A stretch of DNA of 64,000 bases from Octopus vulgaris (taxonomy: Eukaryota): NCBI GenBank assembly GCA_951406725.2, contig OX597819.1, positions 36,146,001 to 36,210,000 on the forward strand, given 5' to 3'. A program made the translations under genes and the position numbers. Within the stretch, counting starts at the first letter, position 1. The number at the start of each line of letters is the position of its first letter. Below the pieces are notes generated by a model. The model did not search any database, had not been told where the DNA came from, and worked only from the letters and a program-made list of their open reading frames with translations. This document shows positions 12,826-26,450 of the stretch, piece by piece.

Positions 12826-13944
12826 TATTTTTGTTTGTTTATCTGTGTTAGATTTTGAGATCTATATTGTTTCGCTAAAATACCATGAAAATTTATCTTC
12901 TAGCAATAACATTAATTTTTGAAATATTTTAATATTTTTTAAAACCTATGTTTTTTTTTTTTTACCTCACAAGGGAACATTTTCAATATTAGCATAAATT
13001 ACTGAAGTTGCTTGATCACAATAGTTCTAAAAATTGATTTGTTTTTCTTCTTTGGTACTGGGCCACAAATTTGAAAAGGAATAGATGTAATTAATTGAAT
13101 TGATTCTCAGTACACAACTTGGAGAGATACATGACAGCAGACCTCAGAATATAGAGGGATATAATTAAATACTTTTAATAAGCTTAAGCCAATGCTCTCT
13201 CCTACCATGTATCTTACTGATTTGAAATGACTTTAGATGTTGGAGACATCCTTTGCCTCTCAGAATGTCAATTGTGTAATACTTCAATCATCATTAGGTA
13301 TCTCATTTTGTTATTTAATAATTAGATCTGCAATTTATTATTATTTGATATTGAGTGCTACAATGTGGCATTTTAGATACTTGGGATAACTTGAATGCTA
13401 GCTGAAAGTGATTGAGTTAAGGAGCAAGTTAACTCTTTGCCTGTCCAAAGTATTTTCATAAGATTGTCCTAAAATGTTAATGTGTTTCATACATTTTGAG
13501 TAATTTACAGAAAAATTTTGGTGGTTGAGAAAAATTAGGAATGTCTCATATACAATGCATGGACACCAGGGATATATGTCCTATGTATTACATGATATAC
13601 AAGATAGACAAAGGGATCATAGCCAGCTCTTCACCAACGGTACATCTGTTATGTCAGTTTCATGTGATTGCAGTAATGTATGACACTTAGTGCATCTGAT
13701 AATTGAATTTGTTCCCCTAGATTCAGTAAAATGGGGAAATTAGTAATTGCAAAAGAAATATAAGCAACAAAAATTACTGAATTTATTTTCTGTATGGTTA
13801 AGAAGTTTACGTTGCAACTACATTGTTCTAAGTTTGAGCTCATTATGCATAACTTTGAGAAATGTTATATTTTTAATTCAGAATTTATTTTTCAAGTTTT
13901 ATTCTTATGATTTATTTTTTAATCTTTTTTTTTTTTTTTTTTAG

Positions 13945-14134
13945 GTGGTCTCAGTTGCGGACTTCTATGATCCCAATGTTCATCATTTTTGAACCCCTGT
14001 CAGAATGTATGATGTTAGGTGTACTAGCTTCTCTAGCTGTTGAGTACATGTTTGACATTAGTCCTCTGGCCTTTTTCCTTTTACATGTTTTAGTTTGGTT
14101 TCTTCTGGATTATATACTCATGCAGATTGTTGAA
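13945..14134 (+). CDS. UGCG: Ceramide glucosyltransferase exon (RxxRW completion, hydrophobic segment)
   Basis: polyT-tag/gtaagt; WSQLRTSMIPMFIIFEPLSECMMLGVLASLAVEYMFDISPLAFFLLHVLVWFLLDYILMQIVE; phase 2 to 0. Confidence 0.96.
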
Positions 14135-15359
14135 GTAAGTATATTTGGTTTGCTTTTATTTATCAAAATTGTTGCAATTGGGGAATAAATATTTAAAAAT
14201 ATGTAATAGGAAATAATATAGGTGCTCAGTACTGTGAGATAGGTGTGTGTATCTAAAACATGGTGGCCAAGATGACAGTCTGATGATAGGAAGGATGTCC
14301 AACTGTAGAAACCCAACCAAAAAAATGAAACATGAGGAAGACGAGGTCCTCTGATCTGTCTAAAAATATGTACTATCTCCTAACCATGTGACCCATCCAA
14401 CCCATTCCAGCAAGGAGAATGGATGAATGTTAGTGATAATTTATTTATTCAGACTGTATCAAGATAAAACAATTTTTATTTACCTTAATTCTCAATACTT
14501 TTTCTTATTAAATTTGGAATGCAAAATGTATAAAAGTGTATAGACACATGACTGTGTGGATACAGATTTTTCTCCATAGTTATACATTTTCAAATTCTAT
14601 TTCTCTTCATTACACTCTGGGCAAGTATATATTATTTTAGCTTCAGGTCAACCAATGTTTCATAAGTAGAATTGGCATTTGAGAGAAACTGTGATATGAT
14701 TCTTCTTTTATTTGTTTGTCATTTAACAGTGGCCATGCTGGAGCACCACATTTAGTCGAACAAATCAACCCTAGGACTTACTCTATCAATCTCTTTTGTT
14801 GAACTTCTAAGTTACAGGGATGTAAACACACCAGCATCAGATGTCAAGCGTTGGTTGGGGACAAACATACACACATATATACGACAGGCTTCTTTCAGTT
14901 TCTGTCTACCAAATCCACTCACAAGGCTTTGGTTGGCCCGAGGCTATAGTAGAAGTCACTTGCCCAAGGTGCCATGCAGTGGAACTGAACCCGGAACCAT
15001 GTGGTTGGTAAGCAAGCTACTTACCACACAGCCACTCCTGTGTCACATTTTTTTTGACATTGCTATTGGTTACCCTGTTCGAAGACCAACAATTAAAAAG
15101 ATCTTTTACTTAAACATTTGCTTAGGATTGGTGACAGTAAGGGCATCTAGTCATAAAATGCCTCAATTCCCATGTGCAAACCATGCTGGCGTCAAGTGGG
15201 GAAGAAGGATGTTGAATGAACTTTGACAGTTCTGTTCCCTTTTAGGAACTTTACAACTAATCATGTAGCACAGCTGTAAATAATCTAGTTACTATTGATT
15301 TTTACAGAAAGATCTTGTAACGAGTAAGAAAAAAAAAATTTTTAATTTTAATATACATC

Positions 15360-15528
15360 AGCGTAGGAGTGGCTGTGTGGTAAGTTGCTTGCTTACGAAC
15401 CACATGGTTCCGGGTTCAGTCCCACTGCGTGGCACCTTGGGCAAGTGCCTTCTACTATAGCCTCGGGCCGACCAAAGCCTTGTGAGTGAATTTGGTAGAT
15501 GGAAACTGAAAGAAGCCCGTCGTATATA

Positions 15529-15579
<51 letters not shown>

Positions 15580-15812
15580 ATGTGTGTGTGTGTATGTGTG
15601 TGTGTATATGTTTGCGTGTCTGTGTTTGTCCCCCCCAACATCGCTTGACAACCGATGCTGGTATGTTTACATCCCCGTAACTTAGCGGCTCGGTAAAAGG
15701 AGCCCGATAGAATAAGTACTAGGCTTACAATGAATAAGTCCTGGGGTCGATTTGCTCGACCAAAGGCAGTGCTCCAGCATGGCCGCAGTCAAATGACTGA
15801 AACGAGTAAAAG
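15360..15812 (+). mobile_element. tRNA-derived SINE family A (representative copy)
   Basis: A-box tggctgtgtgg, B-box ggttcagtccc, CORE-like ccttgggcaagt, internal (TA)/(TG) microsatellite, gtaaaagag tail; other copies at about 1675-2010(-), 3495-3800(+), 14705-15040(-), 29722-30105(+), 33658-34058(-), 45460-45975(+), 50872-51050(+), 56880-57035(-), 58655-58808(-), 60850-61010(+). Confidence 0.9.
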
Positions 15813-18800
15813 ATCAAAAATGTTTCCTTCATGTTAAGGTTTCAGTATGAATTGAATATTCATACTTCATAATAAATATTTTGTCTTATTGTAAATCCTG
15901 AAAAATGTATCATTTGGTTAATGATGTACTGCCCTCTTAAACAGGCTTTGTATTATTTAGCTCTCTACACATTGAAATAGATATGTATGGGGTGAAGTAG
16001 AAAAGTGCATAGTACTTGATGAAAGTCTCTTTGTATTCACTCCTGCCAGCTGTTAAGCTGGCACTGAAACTGATTAGCTGAACTATTTGTGACCTATTGC
16101 AGTGTTTGCTGTTTTAGTGCCTACCTTGGCTAAGTTAGTACTATTACTGGTTTATAGGATTGTCAGGTTATGACATAACTCTTTGTTTATAATTGTATAT
16201 AAATATTTTTATTTCAATGAAGAAGTATTAGAGATATTTTAACTTGACTAGAACTTTAATTTGACAAACTACATGGATATTAAAAAACCCATTTGTAGCT
16301 AGAAATTTGTTTTTGATATAAAATATCTAACTTAGAATGTGTATTAGAATTCACTTTTCAACTAAGGTGAAGCAACAACAACAAAAATAATAATGGTTTC
16401 AAATTTTGGCATAAGGCCAGCAATTTTGGGGAAGGGGTAACTCAATTACATCAACCCCAGTACTCAGCTGGTACCTATTTTATCATCTCCTTAAAGAATG
16501 AAAGACGAATTTGAGCTCAGAAACATAAAGACAAACGATATACTGCTAAGCATTTTGCCTGACATGCTCACTATTCTGCCAGTTCATCCCCTTAATGATA
16601 ATAATGGTTTCAAATTTTGCCACAAGGGCAGCAATTTGTGGGTAGGAGATGAGTAGATTACATTGGCCCCAGTTTTCAACTGGTACTTATTTTATTGACC
16701 CCCCCCCCCCAAAAAAAAAGGATGAAAAGCAAAGTTGACTTTGCATATTGATAATAATAATAATAATCCTTTCTACTATAGACACAAGGCTTGAAATTTT
16801 AGAGGGAGGTGTTGATCACATCAACCCTAGTGTGTAACTGGTATTTATTTCATTGACCCCAGAAGGATGAAAGACGAAATCGATCATGGCAGAATTTGAG
16901 CTCAGAAACATAAAGACAAACAAAATACCGCTAAGCATCCTGCCTGGCATGCTAACAATTCTGCCAGCTCGCTACCTTCACAGAGATACAAGAAATAAGT
17001 TGAGATCTTTATAAATTGACGTAAAAGATATAAATTGATTTTCAAAAAGAAAAAAAATGGATAGATACTTGGAGAGATGGCTCTGAAACCATTAATATCT
17101 CCAAATTCACTCTGTTCTTGTAAGTACAATTAGAAGATATAAAGCCAAATTCACATGAGACTTGTTACTCAGGACCGACTTCATAAAATATAGCCAGTGT
17201 AGTTCTTTAGTTTGCACATTGAGATTTGTTGAAGAGGAAAACACTTTACTTCAATCCTCTACTTTTGTGTCCACTGCTTGTTCATCATTACTAAAGAATG
17301 GTTTACAAGTGATCTTTATGGATAGATCTGGTTGTAAATCAAATGTTTCCTTCACATATTTGCTGGTTGGTATAAAATCACATGTTCAATGAACACTAGT
17401 GAAGAATGCAGAGCAGGGTTTCTTACCTATTTCTGGCATTCAGGATTGATTGCATCGCTGCCATTCTTGCGTAACTGGCATTCGTTCTTTAGTAATATTG
17501 CCAACCAATCAAATAATGAAAGAAAAATTCTATTTTATATTTGAAATTAAAATGTACCTCTTATCTAATGGTATTGATGAGAATTGAACTATATAATTTT
17601 AACTAGTGAATAATTACAATTGTGTTAGTCACTGGCAGCCTCTGGTTACTAACGAAAAAGTTGATTTACATCCTATGACCAACTGCACTGTCCGTGGCCA
17701 AAGCCAGTCCATGTACTAGATGTATTTGCAAGTTAATGATATATGCAGTCCAAATTTAACAGTTGCTTCATTATTGTACAGTACTGAGATCAACTTCTCT
17801 TCTGAATAATGATAATAATAATAATCCTTAAATCTTACAGATTTATAAAATGAACAGTAGCTGTCTCTTATTTGGTGATCTTACTAGTAATACCATAGCT
17901 TCTGACATACATGCTTTTGTTCAGAGTGTAATATATAAAACATGAAAGGTATCAGTTATATCTTAGTGTTATGATTAGAACTTGAACTTTTTTACATAAA
18001 ACAAGTCTTGTAATCTTAAGCTATTCAACTTCTAGGTAGTTCTGTACAGTAGAGATAACTTGAATATATGAATTTATAAATTCTCTCTCTGGCACTGTAA
18101 TGTCAATTTGTTACCTCTTACTTTCTGATGCATCTACTCTTTCCACTGTCCGTTTATAAGATTGCTCATTCATTTCTTGCTGCCATTTCCAACTTTATAT
18201 TTTTTTATTTTGCTAGAAGTAGTTGATCAATCTTGCTGTAATTTGTGGTGCAGCAGTTTGACAAGTTTTTTGGTTGCCTGTAAGCACTGTGTAGAATGAT
18301 TACAAATAAATATATATCACCTACTATTCTATTTATGCCTTCTGGTATTCATCCAAGTTTATTTACTTTCTGTTTTTCAAATGATAATCGTTATATTCAA
18401 CAGAGTTACTTATAAATTAGATAACACCAATATAAAAAAGTATTATAGTTTAGTTTATTTTTTTAGTTATTGTTAAATAATTTTAAAGAAAAATACATAT
18501 CTAAGAACTCATAATTCACCATTTTATGTCCATTTTCCATACTGGCATGGGTTGGATGGCTCAACAAGATCCAATAGTTTGGAGGGCCACATGGTGCTCC
18601 AATATCTCAATTTTGGTGTGGTTTCTACAACTAGATGTTGTTCCTAATATTTACCACTAAACAGATGTTTTGTTTTTTTTTGTGGCATCTGACTAGTGAG
18701 GTTGTTTTGTAATTCATAAAACTAAAAAGATCCCACAGCTGAGAGGAAGAATAAGAGAGATGATGGTGATTTTAGGTGAGGTTCAGAAGTATGATGGGAG

Positions 18801-19273
18801 TGTCAAAGAATGTGTATATATGTATATTAATTTACTTTGACACCAAGTCCTTGGTAATTATGAAATGGAAATGTTTGTAAAGCACTATTTTTAAAACAAT
18901 GTTTGAATATTTTCAATTACATGTTGATATGAATTTAATTACTGAGAATGATATATTCTTTAGGTCTGCAGTGGTGCAGGCCTAAAGTAGGTCACTAAAT
19001 TGCAGTTATATCAGTCACTTGTTGCAGTGCTACATATTTGGGAATTAAATATTTTATTTAATATAGATTTATACAGTAAACTTTGTAACAACTAACTGTA
19101 GTTATATGTTGGTATGTTTTGAACCTTATAATAGATAGTTGAAGTTACATGTTGGAAATCTATAACAGCTATATATTGAAAATATAAATGTAGATTGGAC
19201 TTGTTTGTATTTTAGGATGCTGTTTATGACATGTCTCCAATAAATTTTTTAAATGTTTAATCTTTTATTTTAG

Positions 19274-19438
19274 AATGGCTCCTTACCGATGTCAAAGTTT
19301 GAATTCCTTGTCTGCTGGCTTTTACGAGAAGTTATGACATTGTATCTAACAATTCAAAGTCACCGAGATTGGACAATTGTGTGGAGGAATCGAAAATACC
19401 GAGTACGCTGGGGAGGAATTGCTGAAGAAATTGTATAG
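19274..19438 (+). CDS. UGCG: Ceramide glucosyltransferase, last coding exon
   Basis: ttttag acceptor; NGSLPMSKFEFLVCWLLREVMTLYLTIQSHRDWTIVWRNRKYRVRWGGIAEEIV* vs human [20 protein letters not shown]...[20 protein letters not shown]. Confidence 0.96.
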   Translation, partial: NGSLPMSKFEFLVCWLLREVMTLYLTIQSHRDWTIVWRNRKYRVRWGGIAEEIV

Positions 19439-20869
19439 CAATGGGGGGATGCAAGTGTGTGTGTATATATGTGTGTGTGTTTGTATCTAGGTATGGTTGT
19501 GCATATATGGTTTCTTAAATAATGTTGTTTGAGGATTTGTGATAGTAATTGGTGATAGTGACACCAGCAGTTTATGTTTAGTTAATGACTTTTGTTTTCT
19601 ACTTTCTAACTCCCGCTAATTGTACCCCTCCCTGTTCTACTTCCCCATCCTCCACCCACAAAGACTCCTCTTTCTGGCTGTTGGGACAGCTGAGGGCTGA
19701 AGTGGGATGGTTTTGTTTTGTTTTTTTTCCCCCTTCTTTTGGGTATGTTGGTTTTCTTCTGGTGCTTGTATTAAAAACTTGATAAATCTCTCAACTATTC
19801 TTGAAGCAGATAAATCATTTTTATGTAAACTTGAATGACATTTTTCAAGTGAATACAAAAAATGAAAAATTGTAGTATAGTGAGAAATGTCAAATATAAG
19901 CAGCTGTTACATCAATTCTAAGATATAATATATATATATATTTATGATGATCATATTGGTATTTTTATTGATCATATTGTATCAACTAGGCTAGATCAAG
20001 TTCTTTGTGTTGATTAATGACATACTTTGAACTTTCAAGTAACTGTTGTATTCAGGTTTTCTATAGATTCTAACTCTGTAAGAATATATTTTTCCAAGTC
20101 TCAACATCTCCTATTTTCCGTAACAGTTAAGAGGAATCTTGGAATATAGGGAATACGTTTTATTTAATGTTTTACAAGACCTAAATAAAGACTGAAAAGA
20201 ATATGACTTCTCAGTGAAAATAAAATGTTCCAAATATAATATTAGCTTTCTTGAAAATCTTTCTTATGCATGTAGGTACAAAACAAGTTGTTCACCTACG
20301 ACCTTTTGGTTACAGGTGTAGTAATAATTTCAGTTGATCTGTTGATGAAATGTGTTCTTTGCCAACATTATTTCCGATGTTGAAACAAAAATCAAACCCA
20401 CCTTTTTATTACTTACATGTCTAGTTAAGTATTCTTATAATTGTTTTGTGAGTCAGATAACTTTGTGCTATGTATGTAGAGATGACATTAATTTTGGGAT
20501 TTTCTTAATATACGGTTTAATTTTTTTTTGTGAGAATGAACTGTTAATATATTAGTTTAAAAAAAAGAAAGTGTTGCTGAGAATGCTTGCATTCAGTTCT
20601 ACCATGTATTTTTCTGTTGTCGCAATGAAAACCACCTTAGTACTGTCAGGTTTAGATTTATGAGATTAAAATACCTTGTATCCACTATTCCACATAATAC
20701 TATAATATAACAAATAAATATCAGATATAATATAATGTTACACAATTGGTGTATCTGTTTCAACTGAATTGTCTGATGTGAATTATTAACCAGATATAAC
20801 TGCTTCAAACATAACTAATCCATATAAATTCTAAATACTGATATTTCACACCATTTTGGAGTTAGTTCC

Positions 20870-22000
20870 ACTGAATTGCTCGCTTACTTCATTTCAATGA
20901 TTTCTTGAAGAATTCTAGTGAAATGTTTGAGGTTTGGTGTTGAAATCTTCCTGACTGCCAACATACCTTTTTTTTTTTAATCAGTAGCTTCTTCATTAGC
21001 TGCTTCATTATGGCATGTCTTAGAAAGAAATCTTTCCAGTCTACAATGGCCATTCTGTTCCTTGTAGATTTGTTATCATTCTAACTCTGTTCTTTCTCTT
21101 TATTAGTAAATTTTTCAAACTTTTTAACATGTTTTACACTTACACCATATACTGTTTTCCTTTCTTTCCAAACACAAGTGTCACCCACTTGCAATCTTAA
21201 CAGCTTCTGGTTAACCTTTTAATACTTAATATTGATAGATTTCTGACAGAAGCATGGTTTGAGGACAACCGAAAAATCATTTAGCATCACAAAATGAATC
21301 ACTTTCTTTGCTCATGAACAGTTAGTTCACGGTTAAAAAAGAACCCGTACTATTAAAACTGCACCTAAAAAAGAGTGGACTCTTTTAAATGATGAAAAAT
21401 ACTTTTTAGTTCTGAACAATTGCTGTCACTTGATATGTTTCACCATGGAATACTGCTTACATAGTTTCAATACTATCCTTGCGTCTTGTAGCAAAACGTT
21501 AGTGAGCACCTTGAAAAGAACCATCTACCTGAAATAAATCTGCCATCCTGAACTGCCTCCAATTTCTGCTTCATCAGCCTTTTTTTACAACTCTGTATAC
21601 CTGCTCTATACCTCTCAATTTTACTATTGTATCTCTTGTGTATGACCTTTATACTGTCTCATTTCTTAGACCCTGTTCTAAACACTTTGCTCTATCCATG
21701 GTCTTCAGAACTACGTTCACCGTGAATACTCTCCCCACTCCCCATGTCTTCCCATCAAACAGTTACAGTTCACATCAACCATATTAATGCCTCACAGTCA
21801 TTCTGGGAAGCAAGGCTACAAAGGGCCATGGCTTGTGTCATTTCTCCTCCAATCAAGTCATAATCCACCCAAAAATAGTAAATGCTACTTTGGTTGATCA
21901 GATCTGATATGAAGTCATCAAAATGTTGTTGAACTCATTATGACGATTTCCATCAACCTGACTTGAGCATTGAAATTTATACTTGCAAAATGGTTTGTTT
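20870..22000 (-). mobile_element. Old, highly degraded LINE-like fragment
   Basis: - strand endonuclease-like remnant FNAQV near 21960-21980 and composition distinct from the AT-rich flanks; no intact frame. Confidence 0.3.
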
Positions 22001-25000
22001 TCACATTCTTCATTATCTTAAATGAGTTTGTCACTAACAAAATACTACCCCTTCCCCTCAACTTATGTTAATTTCGTTTTCTACCCTACCACCTATCTTC
22101 TAATTTATTTGTTCGCTGGTCTGTTTTCATCAAAAAGCTTAAGATCATCTAAAATTAACGTGTATTTGTACTCTGTTTTATGCTGAGTACAAATACCTTG
22201 CCCCCTTCCCTCTCCTTTTTGTGTATAAACAGGAAAAAAAAAACAATTCATTGCCTAATAAAAATGTTAAAAATAAATTTATACAAAACTTTATCAACAA
22301 TGATACTACGAAAGAGTTCATAAATGAAAACATATATCAAGCAATCATATTTCGAGAAAACTTTACAGCAATCTGTAATTTCTTGTTGAACAATGAAAGT
22401 AGCAAACAAATTGTTGATCAAAGTTCTTTTCTATATTATAACCTTTATTAACAGTTATTTCAAATTAAGCATTTAAAAACAAAAAAATTTGGAATTTTTT
22501 TCTCTTGTTGTAATAATCACTTCCTGTGGTAATGTTTAATTTTGATACAGCCAGATCTCTATGACAACCATTTCTATCAAATAGGCTAAGACCCTCTGCC
22601 TTAATTTTGTTCTTGACAATCTTGGTTCAGTCTTTGGTTTCTTCTTCATCTTCACTAGGCTCTGCACTCCCTTCTCTTCATTTTTTTTTTTAACCATTGG
22701 CTTTTTTTTTCCTTTTATGAAAACCAAAGGGGAAGCTTACTTGGTGTATCTCAGGTTGGCTGTGAAATAAAAACAAATAAAACTGCTAAAGAGATGACCA
22801 TGTATTTTTAGGTTTTTGTTAGAAAGTGAGAATGGTTGTTTGTGTATGTGTGTGTGTGTGTGTCTTTCATGAAACTTCAGATATCTATGACATGTTAATA
22901 TATTGATGTTTATTATCATTACCAAGTAAGCAAAGAAATTATTGAAATTCTGTTGCTTGCATTGTAATATAGTCTAAGACTATAAACCATTGCAGCATTA
23001 TTTATTTCTTAAACATTTATTTTTGTTATTTGAAAATTTAAATGTCAGTTAATGTTTCATATTAATCTGAACTTTAAAAACCCTGTTTACTCCTCCTTTT
23101 TTCATGGATTGTAATAAATCCTTAGTATTGTTGGTTATTTATCAGTATTGAAACAATTTGTTATTGTTTTAATTTCTAGTGAATATGGTCGCCAACTTTT
23201 TTTTTTCCAGATTAGTATAGTAATAATTTTATCTCCTGTTACTGTGGTAACTTAATGTTATTCACTTTTGTAACCATTGCTGAAAATGAAGTTTCCAATC
23301 AACCCTTCAGTTGGTTTCTTAAATTGTTCTTTTCAATATCACATCTAATATTGCTTTATTTTGGCATTTATAGGAAAATATCATTTTGACATTTTAATTT
23401 AATTTTTATAGAAAGAAAGAATTATTTCTTTACTTACTATTTTTAAAATTTAAGTTCAGTTATCTTTAAATTGGAATTTCTAACTTTCAAATATTGTATA
23501 TTGGATGGACTTACTATTAGGGAGGGTGGTGGATTGGCAGAATTGTTAGAGCATTAGAAAAAAATACATTGCAGTTAATTGCTTTGGTTTTTTATGTTTT
23601 GAGTTGAAATCTCACTGAGGACAACTTTGTTTTTCCATCATGGAATTGATAAAGTTAAACACCTGCCAAGGACTGGGCTCAGTATAATCGACTGTTCCCC
23701 TTTTCCCTTGGTCAAACACTGGTCAAAATACAATGCAGTATTTAGTTAACGTTAAAATTCCATCAAAGTTGAATTCCTTTTACATTTTTCCAGATGCCTA
23801 TAAAATAATTGGGAAATCAATACTAATCAATATAATCAACTGTTATCTCCCCAGATTTGTGCCTGTGTGAGATCAGTTGAGGCAGTGGCATAATTTGAAC
23901 TTGGCGTGCAGAGAGCTGGAACGGCTGCTGCAAAGCAATCTGATGATCTAACAACTGCCAATTGGTCATCTAGTGGCGTAATTAGTAGTGTCAAACTAAA
24001 TCAGGTGGTATAGTGGCATAATTAGTAAAGTGTTGGACTAAATGTTGTGTTATGACTACGTTCTCACTTCTTACTGAAGTTGATTTCTTTTTACATTCAT
24101 TCTTCCTAGGTCGTTAAGTACCAGTCAAACATTGGGGTTGATATAATCAGTTACACTCTTCCCCACAACATTGTGGCCTTGTACCTATAATTATTAGGTT
24201 TTTTTCTTTTTTTTTTTACTCTACTAGTTAATGAACCAGGTAAAATTAATCTTGCATTCATCTATCTGTACACAATAGAATTTACTGATTTAGATAGTAG
24301 ACTATTAAAGCCTGCCAGCATAAAATGTTGTCTAGATATTATGCTTGGCGAAAAGTTTTGAGTTATTAGTTTTAAATATTTTCATTATTTAATTTCATAA
24401 TATTCTTCATAACACTCTTTATATTGAAGAGCTTTCAACCATTGATAAAATGTCTGTGAATGAATCATGGATAACTTTTTTTATTTTTACACTTTAAAAA
24501 TAAGATATATCATCAAAGTATATGAAATCTCCAGTTTGGAGTATCTTGTTAGCTAATTCTGAGATTTTCTACCATAACAGACACTTGTTGATCTAAAATA
24601 TTTTCTTTTACACCATTTTAAATCAATAGGAAATAGGATTTGAAGGGTTTTTTTTTTCTTTTTTAGCCGGCTTGCAAACAAATTTAAATTATTACTATTT
24701 GTACTCATCCATTTATTCAACAATCATTGTTTACATTAATAAGTCTTATGAATTTAAATTAGATAATTTATTTTTTCATAATTTTAAATTAAAATCCTTG
24801 AGTGTTATTGTTGGTTGATATTTTTTAAGTAGAGCAATAAACCTATATCAGAGGCCCTATGTGAAAATTAGTTTAAAACAATATGTATTTAAAAAAAAAA
24901 AAAAAACGTATGTATACACATACATTACAAATTGACTGAGCTTCAGCCACCTACTTGAAACAGTACATTATTGTGTGTATTTTTGTTTTTCTGTTTGTAT

Positions 25001-26393
25001 TGGTTTCCAGTTCGTTGGGCCAATTAATATATGAACAGTCCAGTTGGTTTGGCTAACTTAGCTAAATTGTACAAGCATGATACAAGTACATTGTTGTTGT
25101 GTAGCTCTGGGTCAGTTCTGGTTGAGCAGACCTTATTAGTACGATGTTGAATCTGTGGGTGACATTTTCTCCAGGTCCTATTAAATAAATGTTTAATGTT
25201 TGTATTACAATTTTTTAATGCCCAAATTAACGCACAGACATGTCCAAAATGAAAGAAGATATAATGCAAACTGCAAATTTTCCAGATCTTCAAAGAAGCT
25301 TGTTATTTTTAGCATTCTAGATATTTGATAATTTATCTAGAAAAGGGGACATTTTCTTTTCTATTGCAAAATTACAACTTTTACTATTTTCTCATTTTCT
25401 CTTCACTTTTAGAAAGATGAAAATGAAGAAAATGTTTAAAAAAAAAAATGATTAAAAAAACCCAACTTGTAAAAAATTTTTCCACAGGGCTGCATGTTTT
25501 ACTAGGAACATGAATTTAATAGATGCATGATTCGTATTTTTAACCCTCAAAACTAGAGAAGTCCTCTTATTGACCAGCCAAACCCCTCAAGACCAATTTA
25601 ATTGGTAGAGCCAATTTATAGCATTTATTTTGTTATTTCTCTTTCGTGATAAAAACAATTTTGTATCCAAGTGATATGAAACTATGATAATTGTGCTAAA
25701 TTTCTCTCGGATACTGCTTCAGTAATTATTCCCTGCATGGCTAACTGGTTCATTGTACATTCACTAGTTTCTCCCTCTGCTGACTACCCATCTCCCTCCT
25801 TTTTGGTGGCTGTCCCTACGCACAATGCTTTATTGGTGACTTAAAAACGTAGACTAATTAAAACAACGATGATACTGTTTACTCTGATAATAACATTAAT
25901 GATTGAAGATAAGCAGATTTTTTATTTATGCCAAAGGAGAGACTTTTTAAGCATTCTATATATGTAATCTAGCCACTCATGTTACCTAAATTTGCATCTC
26001 TGCTAACTTCTTAAAGATTTTGAAATGTGCACTATTAGGTCTGCAGGCAGTTTTGTCATCATTGTTACTGGTTAACGATGTCCATAATTTTTTTAAAAAT
26101 TTAGTTGTAACTGTCTTCATAGTATTCGTTGTATTTTCTTTATTCCGATGTCTAAAATATTATTAAATACATTGTTCACACTTGCTATGAAGGCTATTTA
26201 AAAGAAAATGGTGTGAAAAACTTTTGTGCATGTTTATATAATTCCCCACCTTCATTGCTTATATCTTTCCTGTAATTGTTGACTCACAAAGCAGGATATT
26301 AATGGTATCAATCATATTGGTCTAGGAGGGTCTGCAAAGCCATAGGTACTGTCTCCTCCTTCAGGCCCAGTGAGTAATATATATATAGCACAT

Positions 26394-26450
<57 letters not shown>

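Noticed and set aside
15360-15432. tRNA gene
   Set aside because: The A/B boxes belong to a SINE head; no complete cloverleaf
14855-15685. Recurrent peptide RQASFSFCLPNPLTRLWSARGYSRRHLPKVP in many ORFs
   Set aside because: Antisense translation of SINE family A, not a gene family
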